This document shows positions 1 to 13,558 of a stretch of 64,000 nt of DNA, piece after piece. The notes under the pieces were generated by a model. The model searched no databases. It was not told the DNA's origin and worked only from the letters and a program-made list of their open reading frames with translations. Every line of letters starts with the position of its first letter. The first letter of the stretch is position 1. Source of the stretch: Octopus vulgaris (Eukaryota); contig OX597815.1 in the NCBI GenBank assembly GCA_951406725.2, forward strand, positions 98,518,001 to 98,582,000, written 5' to 3'. Position numbers and translations under genes: made by a program.

Positions 1-129
1 GTCGATGCAGTGTGCATCTACGTCTGAGTGATAGTCCCGTGGACCCCACGTAGTTTTGGTGGCAGCCCGAGCATCTTATGACATAAATTATGTTTTCAGA
101 GGCACAAGTAAAATTAGATTTGATCTTGA

Positions 130-578
130 ATTTCTGTCCCTACTAGAATAAGAAATACACCGCACACAAGTCGCTACTACCCCATGAACCAAAATTACTG
201 GTCCCCACCGAACACAAGACAAACGCAAAAAAACACTAAGTCAAGCAACATCCCACATACAAGCAGTCCGAAACAAAAATATTTCACATACAGAAATTTT
301 ACACACACCACAAACAAAAACAACCATAGATTCCCCCCCACACACAACAATCGAGGACAACAATACCATCATTCCCCCGACCCAATATCACACAACCTCA
401 CAGACAACTCATACAAACAAGATTACACCCAAAATTTTTTAGCCAGGGACCAGAGACTCCAGGACACAGGCTGGAACCTAGTAATAAGGAAAAACCGAAG
501 ATAATCAACCTTTCAACCAAACCTCTCTCTAACATAAAAATTGACATCCTCTCAAAAGGGCTCAAATTTACGCCAACT
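130..578 (+). mobile_element. Penelope-like retroelement, 5' fragment (upstream ORF plus pre-RT N-terminal motif)
   Basis: 501-578 translates to IINLSTKPLSNIKIDILSKGLKFTPT, matching the PLE pre-RT motif xxNLSxxxLxxxxxxxLxKGLxFxPT; preceded by an N/H/Q/T-rich ORF (184-504); cut off by a SINE fragment. Confidence 0.8.
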
Positions 579-697
579 GAGACCGGTAGAATAAGTACTA
601 GGCTTACAAAGAATAAGTCCTCGGTCGATTTGCTCCACTACTGGTGGTACTCCAGCATGACCACAGTCAAATGACTGAAACACATATAAGAATAAAA

Positions 698-700
<3 letters not shown>
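579..700 (+). mobile_element. SINE 3' fragment (family B, my label)
   Basis: AGTACTAGGCTTACAAAGAATAAG...CAGCATGACCACAGTCAAATGACTGAAACA; homologous to 16930-17012, 22045-22260 and 54435-54630. Confidence 0.75.
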
Positions 701-752
<52 letters not shown>

Positions 753-1579
753 TATACACATTTATATATATATATGATATAGTGATGGCAATTGTAAAGA
801 GAGAGAGAGGGGAATTATTGCGTAAATGTCAGCCCACTTACATTCGGTTGCTGATATAACATATATAATGCAGTGTTGTGCAGTTTGGAGTGACACAATC
901 AATGTATAGACAATCAAATAGCAATGAAATGATATTTTATTGAATGAATGATTGCAAATTCGAAAAATGACAATAACCATGCTGTTTGAATAAACCGTTA
1001 GTTGTGTCCGGGACAAGGTGGCTGTAGTCTACAAAAGATCGCCGGTCGAAGCCTTTCACAAGCGAAAACTACTTCGATTCTCGCTGTTCCACTCAGGCTA
1101 AGCCTCTAGGCTAAGGGACGAAACACCTGTGACCTTGAGCTAACAGCTAATTTTGCGGGAGTGTTTCCAACGCAATAGATCTGAGTAGATCCTTTATTTT
1201 CTGCTTGGGGAAAAGCAACACCGTTGTTATTTCATCTGATGTTTGTTATTAAACATGTCCTACTGCGTTTAGATGGAATTATTTGTTCTCACTCTCTGCA
1301 CTCTGGTTTCAAATCCCGCAGAATTCTACTTTGACTTCTATCGTTCCACTGTCTATAAAATTAACCCGTTCAAGAGGGTATATTAGTGGAATCGTTACAG
1401 GGCTGTGTTGAAGGCCTTTTGGTTTAGATACTGGTGTTGCGAATTGCGAATTAAATTCCTCTCTGTTACTTCTTTGATAAATTGCAACTGATATTATATC
1501 CGTAATTTTAAAACCAATGGAAATATAGATTCCATGGTTCAATCGGAATGTCAACTACCACCACCGCAGTGCTGCTGCC

Positions 1580-1667
1580 AAAACTACAACAACAACAACT
1601 ATTACTACTAGTACTACTACTAGCTGGTGCTGCTGCTACTCTGCCGCTGTTATTCTGCTGCTGCAGG

Positions 1668-1756
<89 letters not shown>

Positions 1757-1757
1757 T

Positions 1758-1791
<34 letters not shown>

Positions 1792-1930
1792 GCTACTACT
1801 ACTACTGCTGCTGCTGCTACTGCTACTAGTACTGCTGCTACAGCAAATCGGCTGCTGCTGCTACTGCAACTCGGCTGCTGCTGCTACTGCTATTACTACC
1901 GCTGCAGCTGCTATTAAACTACTAATACTA
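1580..1930. repeat. Compound (TAC)n/(TGC)n microsatellite
   Basis: Directly visible; source of the poly-Y/poly-T/poly-C ORFs. Confidence 0.95.
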
Positions 1931-2750
1931 CTTTACGTCAAAACTGATTTAAACAACCAATACATTACCCTCGGCAACAGCAACTAGAACAACCGTTACT
2001 TCTAATACTACAAATAGTACAGGCACGACAACTATAATTACTACTACAACTACTTCTAAATCAAATTCGAAAACAAGACAAATAACAACAACAACAGCAA
2101 ACCCATCATTAACAATAACAAAAATAAGAACAATAACAATAATAACAATGGCGGCACCTATTACATGTTTGGCTATTGGTGATGAAGATGCTGACGATGA
2201 GAAGAAAAATACGAAAACATGACATCCGGAAAGTAATAAAATGAATGGCTTTACAGTAATGAGACTTTACTTCATGCTGTGTCCGTTATTTGAAAACACG
2301 AGTCTGTGATTGCGTATGTATACACGTTTATGTAAAAGTGTTTGCGTGAATGTTTATGTGACTGTTTGTGTGTGGTGGGGAAACAACGACAGAAGGATGC
2401 ATTTGTAGATGTGTGTATGTGTGTGTTTGTCTTTGTGTGTATGCCTATGTATTAATATGCACTCGTATATCATCAGGAGTATGTAGGAGAATGTGCATGA
2501 GTAACAATAAGTCTCTCTTGTCAGGGCCTTTTGCAGATATCACCCCCGCTGTCGTCGTCATCGTTGTCTTACAAAGCCGGCTTTCATCCACCAAGTCTAT
2601 GGCCAAAGTGATCCATGCAATGAATATTCCGTCTTATCGCCACAAATAATTTACCAGGCCAATATAATCAAATGTATATTTTCTTTGTTTTATAGAAGTA
2701 AGATGTGTAGTTTTTTTTTGCTATTTCTACGTGTGTATATATATATATAT

Positions 2751-3045
2751 TAGGTTGTTTCACATGAAATGTCGTATGTGAAAGGTAACAATAAAATGCT
2801 TCAGAAGTGTTAGAGAACTGATTTATTTAATCAAAGTATGTTCCATGTTCCATGTTCATTTAAGACGTTTAACCAACGTTTCTCTATGTCATATATCCCA
2901 TCTTTTAAAAAAATCATATGTTGCTGTGATAAGCTGTCTGAATGCTTCAATTACCTCTTCTGCATTTAAGAATGTTCTATTGATTATGAAAAGCTCAAAG
3001 TGCTTAAATAAGTGATGATCAGTAGGACAGATATCAGAGTAAAAG
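2751..3045 (-). mobile_element. Mariner transposon 3' remnant with TIR
   Basis: Minus strand reads YSDICPTDHHLFKHFE...KDGIYDIEKRWLNVLNEHG...TYFD* across frameshifts (cf. mariner YSPDLAPSDYHLF and C-terminus); ends in TIR-like TAGGTTGTTTCACATGAAATG next to (TA)n. Confidence 0.75.
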
Positions 3046-4721
3046 GGAGGATATCAGTACCCCTTGCTTGTACTTTGTATTTCTGTATATCATATGTATG
3101 TGTCTGTGTGTGTGTGAGTGTGTGTGTGTACGTACTGTGTGAGCGTGTGTTCATGCGTGAGTATGTGTGTGTGTGTTTGTGTATGTGTGTGTGTGTGTGT
3201 GTGTGTGAGTGTGTGTGTTTGTGTCTGTCTGTCTGTCTGTGTGTCTGTGTGTGTAAAATTATGTATTGACATTCATAGTGGAAGCATGCCAGAAATAATT
3301 TTTAATCAATTAACATTGTACATTTTTTGAGAAAGAAAAGTATAAGCAGTAGTGACAATTTTCATCAGGGAAACCAAGGGAGAGAACCCAAAGCATATAT
3401 CATTTTTAAATTCAACTATAGAAAGCAACGTTGGCGTTAAAAGCACAATAATCTTCTAAAATTAGTGCACTTGTTGTCCACAAATCTCGAATAGGTGTTG
3501 CGATTGAATTTATCTTAAGTTGTTGCTCTTAGATTATAATCCCGCTGGAGGAGACTTGTCTTCTGATTGCAAGGTTATTGCAGTACAAATGTGAGATTCT
3601 GATATGTACGTGTGTTTATCCAACTGAACGCTCTGTTGAGGTGTTTTCTCTCTGCTGTATTGTTGCGTTCATATAAGTTTATATGTATGTGTGTGTATAT
3701 GTGTGTGTCTGTGTCAACGTCAGTGTGTCTGTGTGTGCGTACACACACACACATACACCAAACTCAGGACTGAGTAAGACCACTTCCTAAACTCAGTAAT
3801 TCTGTGCAACAATCCGAGAATCCAACAGGTTCCTGCCAGTGACTTTGTTTTGATTGGAAAGTGTTGCATAGCACAGAACCCACTTGTCGGCGCAATGAGC
3901 TATAAAACCGGTGCCATGATAGAAGATTAGACGTCCAAAAACCAACTATCCTTCAGGATCTTAAGTTTTAAATAAGAGATTATCTTCTCCTAGAAAAAAC
4001 GTTCTACCGAGAACTAGGGTTCCTTCACTCCTAGCGGTGCTCATGCTATATAGCCGATAGCTGTGAACATAGCAGGTACTACTACACCTGGGAGTAATAG
4101 CAGTTAGGGGGTGAATCCTGGAACATCAGACTCAAACACTCACATACTCTCACGCGTGAGCATATATTCATATATTTATGTAAATGTAAATGTAAGTTCC
4201 AAGGGTCAAGGTGTAGGAAGTTAGTAAGCTTCAAGCAGTCTGTAGAAGGTATAAAAACAACTTTCAGGTACTATAGTGATATATTGATGTCGAAGTTAGT
4301 AAATTTTTTTCAAATCGAAGTTTGAAAAGCTGCAAAAAGTTATTTTATAGTTCACGGTCAGCACCTGGGGTTACTGTGTATGCGAATAAAAATTCAAGTT
4401 TAGGGGAGGGATTAGATTCAATCCAGGCTACATATGTGTTAAGCTAGCATAAGAAGGTTCTTCTAGTTATGAAACATATGCAGCTTGGATTTTATCTAGA
4501 TTCCCGAAATTTGGTGTGTGTATACTTATAGGTTTATCTGTATGAGAGGAGATAGTTTTAGGACTTAAACACATGTTGAGATGTGTGGCTTTGTGGTTAG
4601 GGGTGTTGCACTCGTGATCGTAAGATTGTGTTTCCGGACACGGTTCGTTTCTCTGTCTCTTTTTCTTTGTGCAAGAACACTTCATTTGATGCAGCTCTAC
4701 TTCACTAAGCTGGCAAAAATG

Positions 4722-4793
4722 AATAACCCTGTATCACAGAATCAGTATAACCGTGTGTCACAGAGTCAGAATAACCCTCCGTCACAGAATCGG
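4722..4793. repeat. 24-bp minisatellite x3
   Basis: AATAACCCTGTATCACAGAATCAG / TATAACCGTGTGTCACAGAGTCAG / AATAACCCTCCGTCACAGAATCGG. Confidence 0.85.
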
Positions 4794-5649
4794 GAAAACG
4801 GGCCTTATGAGCCCATGACACTGGAAGGACTTGGTCCACATCCCACATGTTTTTATCTAAACCTAGGAGCATTTGCGTGTGTGTGTATTAGACGTGTGAG
4901 TATTCACACTTGTACACATGCACGTTTATGTGACTAAATATCCCCGGGTGAATGCATGTATTCTTATGCATGTGTATGTGTACTGGTGATTGTGTTTGTA
5001 TGTGTGTGCTTTAATATGACAATGCAAGTGTTTATGTGTTTAGACATTTCCTGTTCCGTTTGTTTTTTAATGTTAGTCAATGTCTTTTTATATAGATGGG
5101 AGCACTTGTTTCTGTTTAAACATACGTTTATGCCGATACAATTGTACATGTTGTTGCGCATGAGTATATGCGCATGTGACAGCGTACGCACACCAGAATC
5201 GGATAACGGTAGAATATAGCGAGATAGATAAGGACACAGAGAAAGAGAGAGAGAGAGAGAGAGATGCGGACAGACACTGACACAGGGAGGGACAGACGAC
5301 AGACAGAGAGACAGACAGACTGACAGACAGGTTGACAGATAAACAGATAGTCAGACAGAGACGGAAGAGAGAGAAAGATAGAAGGAGAGAGAAAGAGCGA
5401 CAATATGTGTGCGGTGTATTGGTATCCGTATACAAGCGTGTTTGTGATACGAATATTCCTCGGCAGTGTGTGTATGTGTGTGTGTGTGTGAGTATGTGAA
5501 TATGGTTACGAATGTGTGTGTATGCGTGCGTGTGCCAGTGCTAGTGATTTGGTAACTGAGTGCGCAAGTGTATCAATTAGTAAACGAGTACGTGCAAGAA
5601 CCCGTTTGTGTATTTGTACGTGTGTGTATGAGTATATACGCGCGGACAT

Positions 5650-5700
5650 GCACACATACACACATACATGCATACATACATACATACATACATACATACA

Positions 5701-5735
<35 letters not shown>

Positions 5736-5946
5736 GTACACATATAGATATATATGGATATGTATATATATGTGTATGTGTGTGTGTGTGTGCAGACAGA
5801 GAGAGGGAGGGAGAAAGAGACAGAAACACAGTCAGATAGACAGACAGACTGAAGCAGTGGGAGAGGTAGACAGTTAGACAGGCAGAAAGTCAGACCGATA
5901 TGTAGAGAGATAACTATAGAGTTAGGTAGATATATAGACAGTTAGT

Positions 5947-6038
<92 letters not shown>

Positions 6039-6212
6039 CAGATAGGTTCAGAGACAGACATAAATATATATATATATATACACATATAAATAGAGACAGA
6101 GTGTGTGTGAGAAAGATTATTAGATAGATTTACGTCCTTGCGTATGTGTTTGTGTATGTGTGAATGTATGTATAAGCAAGTGTGAAATAAAAAGTGTGCT
6201 ACTGTTTAGCAG

Positions 6213-6273
<61 letters not shown>

Positions 6274-6511
6274 CAATTATACGTTTATTTCCTGCAACAA
6301 ATTTGTGTGATGAATTGTTTTAGTATAAAATTGACATTTTATTAAGTGCACGTGTTTGTCGGTTTGTGTGCTTTGATTTCAATTTTCCTGATATACTCTC
6401 ACCTCTTACCAACACCGCCACTTCACTCTCACTTTCTCACTAATTTTCTCTGTCCTTTATTTCCCTCACTCTCACTCTCTCCTTTACACTCTATTTTTCT
6501 CTCTCTCACAA

Positions 6512-6560
<49 letters not shown>

Positions 6561-6602
6561 TGTATGTATGTATGTATGTATGTATGTATGTATGTATGTA
6601 TG

Positions 6603-6683
<81 letters not shown>

Positions 6684-6698
6684 GTATATATGTATATG

Positions 6699-6750
<52 letters not shown>

Positions 6751-6828
6751 TTATATATGTATTTATGTGTGTAGCATGCATTCATACAGAGAAAAACTAG
6801 CTGACAGAGAGAAAGGAGAGAGAAATAA

Positions 6829-6888
<60 letters not shown>

Positions 6889-6890
6889 AT
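5650..6890. repeat. Microsatellite cluster (TACA)n, (GATA)n, (TA)n, (TATG)n
   Basis: Directly visible tracts. Confidence 0.95.
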
Positions 6891-9799
6891 GTGTGTGCAT
6901 GTAGCTACGTATTTAAGTATGTGTATGTGCGTGTGTGTGTGTGCGTTTTCTTGTGCATGGTATGCCATGAATATTGGTGCGTGTAGTTGTATATCTTTCT
7001 TTGTAAATCTGCCTGTGCATGCGAGTCCGTAAATGTTCACGAGTTTTACTTTACACATCTTAATGTCTCTTAAATCTTCAATTCTGAGTCTCGTGACAAC
7101 AGTTCAGAGCCATTTTTGCCCACATAATGCCAGAAACACACAAAAACCGTTTATAATGTAAAGCTACTCTTCAAACGTCTAGCTATTTTCAATAAAGTCT
7201 GTATATACAGAGATAAGGAGAGAAAATGATACGGTCTTCTTCAGGGATATTTGCATGCAAGAATTGCACAAGTCTTACAATAAAAACAGTTCATTGTTCA
7301 CACATCGCAGCGATTTTTCACATATTGACCGTCAATGAATTTTCATTTATATTTATGAATATAACCTTATGAGTGATGTATCATAATACTTCGTGCTATT
7401 TGACAAATTACAAAACGTTTTCACCTTCAATCTGGAAAGGAGACAAAGAAGACAAAGATATCATGCTGAATGTTTTTCTTAAACCTGGTAATTAAATAGA
7501 AATTTCTGCTTATAAATTGTTTAAGTTATCACCTTTCGTATTATCCGCTATTTATGTTGGATAGCGTAAAAAACACAATATAGTTAGCAATATATTTTTA
7601 CAGAGATATTTCGTTCGTGACTTTATGGCTTCCAACTCTTAGGGAAAAAGCTATGGAAAATTCATTCCAAAATGTCAGTCTTTATTTAAGACCGAATTAT
7701 ATATTTGCTTTGTATCATAAGTCTTCCAAATTCTTCGACTGCATACTAATTGTTTAGTAAAAGAGAACCACACCAATTTTAGTTAACTCCTTCTTGTGGT
7801 GGTTTAGTCCCAGTCGTTCATCACGTTTCGTTTCTTTGTTCTTTTTCTTCATGCATATTGTATCTGGAGTTAACTTATCCAGTTAGTCTTTCCTTTTTTA
7901 AACCTCTAGAAATAGCAGGAAGCTGGTTAGTGTTTCTTGGGGATTGAGACTCTACATAGACGTTTCCTCTATGTTACTAAAAATGAAGAGTATATTGTGC
8001 TTGTATTAATTTGTTTTAAAGTCTTGTCCCGATGACAAATACTCGGACGACACACAAGGGTACCTATAACTGGATTTATAAAATGGAATTCATTCAAAGA
8101 TGTAACAGTCTCGATTCTAAATAGATAAATCGATGTTTAGACCTTTCCGGAAGATAATACTTCTCAAGGAGAAATCTGATCCATGTGGTTGGCTTAGTTT
8201 GGTGTGTTGGAAAATATAATAAAACCAATACTGTGAGTGAAAGCGTTTGTAGGAATTCGAAAAGTAGCTACGATATATCAATAAAATTATTAATCCGTTC
8301 ATTTAGTGGCAAAACAAATTTTAAAGAGGTTCTATATTATCATTTAATCTATCTCAGTATATATTTTAATATATTGTGGTGTCATTTTCTCTGACATTTT
8401 AAATCAAAGCGGACAATTAGTAGTTTCTTTAAGCTACTATTGTTTTGGTATTTCTATTTTAGAGTGAGCATATTAAAGAATTGATCACTTTTGATCGACA
8501 GATTGTAAGTGCGAGACCGAAATCTTTTGACAATTTACAACCATAATTGAATATCCAAACAGCCTTTTTTCTAACCAGTTTGCTCATTATAGAAATCAAA
8601 TAGGCCAAAGAAAATCAAACGAGGTGATGAAAGATTATGTAGGTATTTGCTTGATCTTCGTGAAATGGAAGACATACGAAATTCCGCAGAAAATGGAATT
8701 TGGATGATGGAGGTTTCGATGCTTTCTTTCTAATTTAAAGACAATGCTAGAAATTTTGAAGGAACGGCTTTGTCTGTTTCATAAGTCCCCATTAATTATG
8801 AGTGGTATTTTATTTTATCGAACCTGGAGGAATAGAATGCAAAGATGAGATCAATGGCGTTTAAACTGTGGGCACAAATCTACAAGGAATAAGGTAAATC
8901 AGTTTGATACTCTCAAAATTTTGTCCATAAAAGAAAGACAGATCGTAATGAATGCTTTTGAACCAGCTTTCGTGGATAACAGTCTTCGGTTTAAGCAATA
9001 AACAGTCCTGCAACTGATGAAGATAGTAATAAATTGCTTCAAAAGATGTTCATGTCAACTTAAGCAAATATCCAGTATGTACAAATGTGATTTTTTTTTA
9101 AAAATCAGGCTTGATACTTTTGTCGAATCAACTATATAATTGAATAAGAAAATAATAGTAATAAACAAAAGACTAGAGTATGGAAACGAAGAGAAACATT
9201 TTGACAAAGAGTAGAAACTATATAAAACAAAATACAGAGACCGTCTTAGAAAAATGTACGATTATATTTGTATTTAGTCAGATATTAAAAGATATGAAAT
9301 AGAATGGGGAAGAGAAAGGAAGCGACGATATTATAAAATTAGCAGTGTCATAGTTATTTCCGTTGTTGCTGTTCTTGTTCTTGTTCCATTATTAATAATA
9401 ATGTTGATGATCAATAGAGATAATCATGATATGATGATGATAAAGATATTGTAGAGCTGATAATGGTGAAGATGATCATAATGATCATCAGCATCCTCAT
9501 AAGGAATATGATGGTTATGATGATGCTACGAATGGTGATGCGGCGTCAAGTTGTTATGGCCCGAATATATAAACGAAGGAGACAATGGCAACACATTAAG
9601 ATTTATTCAGGATTCCAGTTAGAATTTAGAATTCAAAACATTTTGAAATTGTATAAGAAATTCTTGTTATTAACGTAGTCGAAAAGAATAAAACATTGAT
9701 CATGAGAAATAGAAAAATAACCATCACAAAGTCACACAAACTTTGTTAAATTCAAAACTGAAAAGAAATCTACGATGCGTGTGGTAGTGTATATAATCC

Positions 9800-11140
<1,341 letters not shown>

Positions 11141-11424
11141 CAACAATTGAGGGTAAAATTAATTAGTTATTAATCAATTTCACCAAGTAGTGTTCAGTAT
11201 GTAAAAGGACCGTTTAAGGCGAATTCAAAATATTACATTATATAATTAGGGCTTAGTAAAATAAATTACTTTGCCACATACTGAACTTTCTAGAAATAGC
11301 AGCCAAAACGTTTTTAGCCATTTCCACTACTTTAAGAAAACTTCTCTCAGATAATGTTTGCTCAAAGATAACTCACGAAGATATGGAGGTAAAAACAGTA
11401 AAATATCACAAGTACAAAGATCAT

Positions 11425-11487
11425 TTGAGAACGTCAACGTTTCTAGATTAGCCGAAATAAAACTCAGCATTTCTTTCGTCTGCTCAA
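11425..11487 (-). ncRNA. Type I hammerhead ribozyme, core-mutated copy (CAGACGA)
   Basis: Mirror image of 11985-12047 except at 11481, which changes CUGACGA to CAGACGA. Confidence 0.7.
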
Positions 11488-11984
11488 CATTTCTTAATTT
11501 TGGATTTGAAAGCACTAAAATAATGAACATACCCGTCCAATGATGTATCACCTCAGACAAACATCTTCAAACTGCCAGTACTAGCAAATTCAAAATGTAC
11601 AAGCGAAGATTCATGTTCCTTCCCCTTCCACCCACGTGAGTTATCTAGTAAACATATTTTAACGGTAAGCACCGTAGCAAAGAACAGAGAGAAGGGAATT
11701 ATAATATCAACAATTGAGGGTAAAATTAATTAGTTATTAATCAATTTCACCAAGTAGTGTTCAGTATGTAAAAGGACCATTTAAGGCGAATTCAAAATAT
11801 TACATTATATAATTAGGGCTTAGTAAAATAAATTACTTTGCCACATACTGAACTCTCTAGAAATAGCAGCCAAAACGTTTTTAGCCATTAGTACTGGCAG
11901 TTTGAAGATGTTTGTCTGAGGTGATACATCATTGGACGGGTATGTTCATTATTTTAGTGCTTTCAAATCCAAAATTAAGAAATG

Positions 11985-12047
11985 TTGAGCTGACGAAAGA
12001 AATGCTGAGTTTTATTTCGGCTAATCTAGAAACGTTGACGTTCTCAA
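11985..12047 (+). ncRNA. Type I hammerhead ribozyme
   Basis: Helix I TTGAG/CTCAA; CTGACGA 11990-11996; helix II AGA/TCT with a distal GCTGAG/TTCGGC stem; GAAA 12029-12032; helix III ACG-TTGA-CGT; GUU cleavage after 12042. Pair 10.1-11.1 is an A.A mismatch. Confidence 0.8.
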
Positions 12048-12283
12048 ATGATCTTTGTACTTGTGATATTTTACTGTTTTTACCTCCATATCTTCGTGAG
12101 TTATCTTTGAGCAAACATTATCTGAGAGAAGTTTTCTTAAAGTAGTGGAAATGGCTAAAAACGTTTTGGCTGCTATTTCTAGAAAGTTCAGTATGTGGCA
12201 AAGTAATTTATTTTACTAAGCCCTAATTATATAATATACATATATATATATATATACATATATAATAATATATATGTATATAC

Positions 12284-12319
<36 letters not shown>

Positions 12320-12325
12320 GGAGAG

Positions 12326-12455
<130 letters not shown>

Positions 12456-12682
12456 ACGATGTATGTGTTGAATATTTATGCATGTGAATTATTGCTAGTT
12501 TCTTCATTTTTCAATGAGACACTATTTGATCGACGAATAAACAATTTGCAACGACGTTGATCTTCAAAATATTAATGTTGAAATACGCTTTAGCATCCTC
12601 CGCGGTGTATGAATATAACGTTATGTTAATATGTTCTTTAAACTGTCTCTATATGTATATCTGCATGTAAATTTATGTATAA

Positions 12683-12805
12683 GTTGGCTTCCGAAGCACA
12701 TGGTTCGCGGCACACAGGTCAAACGTCTTGTACAAAGTCCTCACGCCGACCAAAGACTTGTGAATGAATTTGGTAGACGGAACTTGAAAGAAGCACTTCG
12801 TATAG
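12683..12805 (+). mobile_element. Degraded SINE (family C, my label)
   Basis: GCCGACCAAAGACTTGTGAATGAATTTGGTAGACGGAAC...AAAGAAGC tail shared with 22310-22460, 27015-27170, 54678-54830. Confidence 0.7.
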
Positions 12806-12850
12806 TATAGTAGAGTATAGTATAGTATAGTTTAATATAGTATAGTGTAC

Positions 12851-12953
<103 letters not shown>

Positions 12954-12956
12954 AGT

Positions 12957-13470
12957 CAATAATAAAAGGGTAAAATTAATTAATTATTAATTTATAATTT
13001 TACCAAGTAGTGTTCAGTATGTAAAAAGACCATTTACGGTATATTTAAAACATTACGTTATACAATTAGGGTTCAGTGAAAAAATTTACTTCATCACACA
13101 CCGAACTTTTCGAAATAGCAGCCAAAAGATTTAGCTATTTCCTCTACTATAAGAAAAGTCTCCCAGACAATGTATACTCAAAAATAAATCACGCAAGTAT
13201 AGAGGGAAAAATAACGAAAGATCACACGTACATCGATTACTTGAGAACGCCGTTTCTGGATTAGTTAGATATAGAGATGCTAGAAATACATACTCCTATC
13301 AACATTTCCATCATCAGCCCAAGATTTCGTTAGGTTTAAATTTGAGAGCACTAAAAATCGAACATACCCGTCTGATATGAGTAATCCCAGACAAATCATC
13401 TTCGACCGCCAGTACTAACGAATTCAAAAAAGTACGAATGAGGCTTTGTATCCTTCCCCATCCACCTATG
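12957..13470 (-). mobile_element. Diverged copy of the 567-bp HHR element
   Basis: Colinear similarity to 11141-11635 (GGGTAAAATTAATTA, ACCAAGTAGTGTTCAGTATGTAAAA, GAAATAGCAGCCAAAA, AACATACCCGTC, GCCAGTACTA); same boundary against (TA)n. Confidence 0.85.
13240..13323 (-). ncRNA. Type I hammerhead ribozyme, intact core
   Basis: Minus strand: CTTGGG-CTGATGA-TGGA...TCCA-GAAAC-GGC-GTT-CTCAAG; helix I 6 bp, helix II TGGA/TCCA, GUU site. Confidence 0.8.
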
Positions 13471-13523
13471 TATATATATTTAAAGTAAATGGAGGGGGAT
13501 ACAATATATATATATATAATATA

Positions 13524-13558
<35 letters not shown>

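Larger units (their letters stand above)
11141..12235 (-). mobile_element. Non-coding HHR-bearing element: 567-bp unit + 182-bp partial tandem + 347-bp inverted arm
   Basis: 11708-11889 repeats the start of the unit at 11141 (period 567, 2 substitutions seen); 11889-12235 is the reverse complement of 11237-11583; flanked by (TA)n. Confidence 0.85.

Noticed and set aside
4722-4793. CRISPR-like array
   Set aside because: Contiguous 24-bp tandem units with no spacers; eukaryotic context.
9010-9050. Hammerhead (CTGATGA + hairpin)
   Set aside because: AAAA in place of GAAA and no helix I/III.
11327-12145. Duplicated 77-aa and 61-aa ORFs as a gene pair
   Set aside because: By-product of the inverted arms; not conserved in the diverged copy at 12957-13470.
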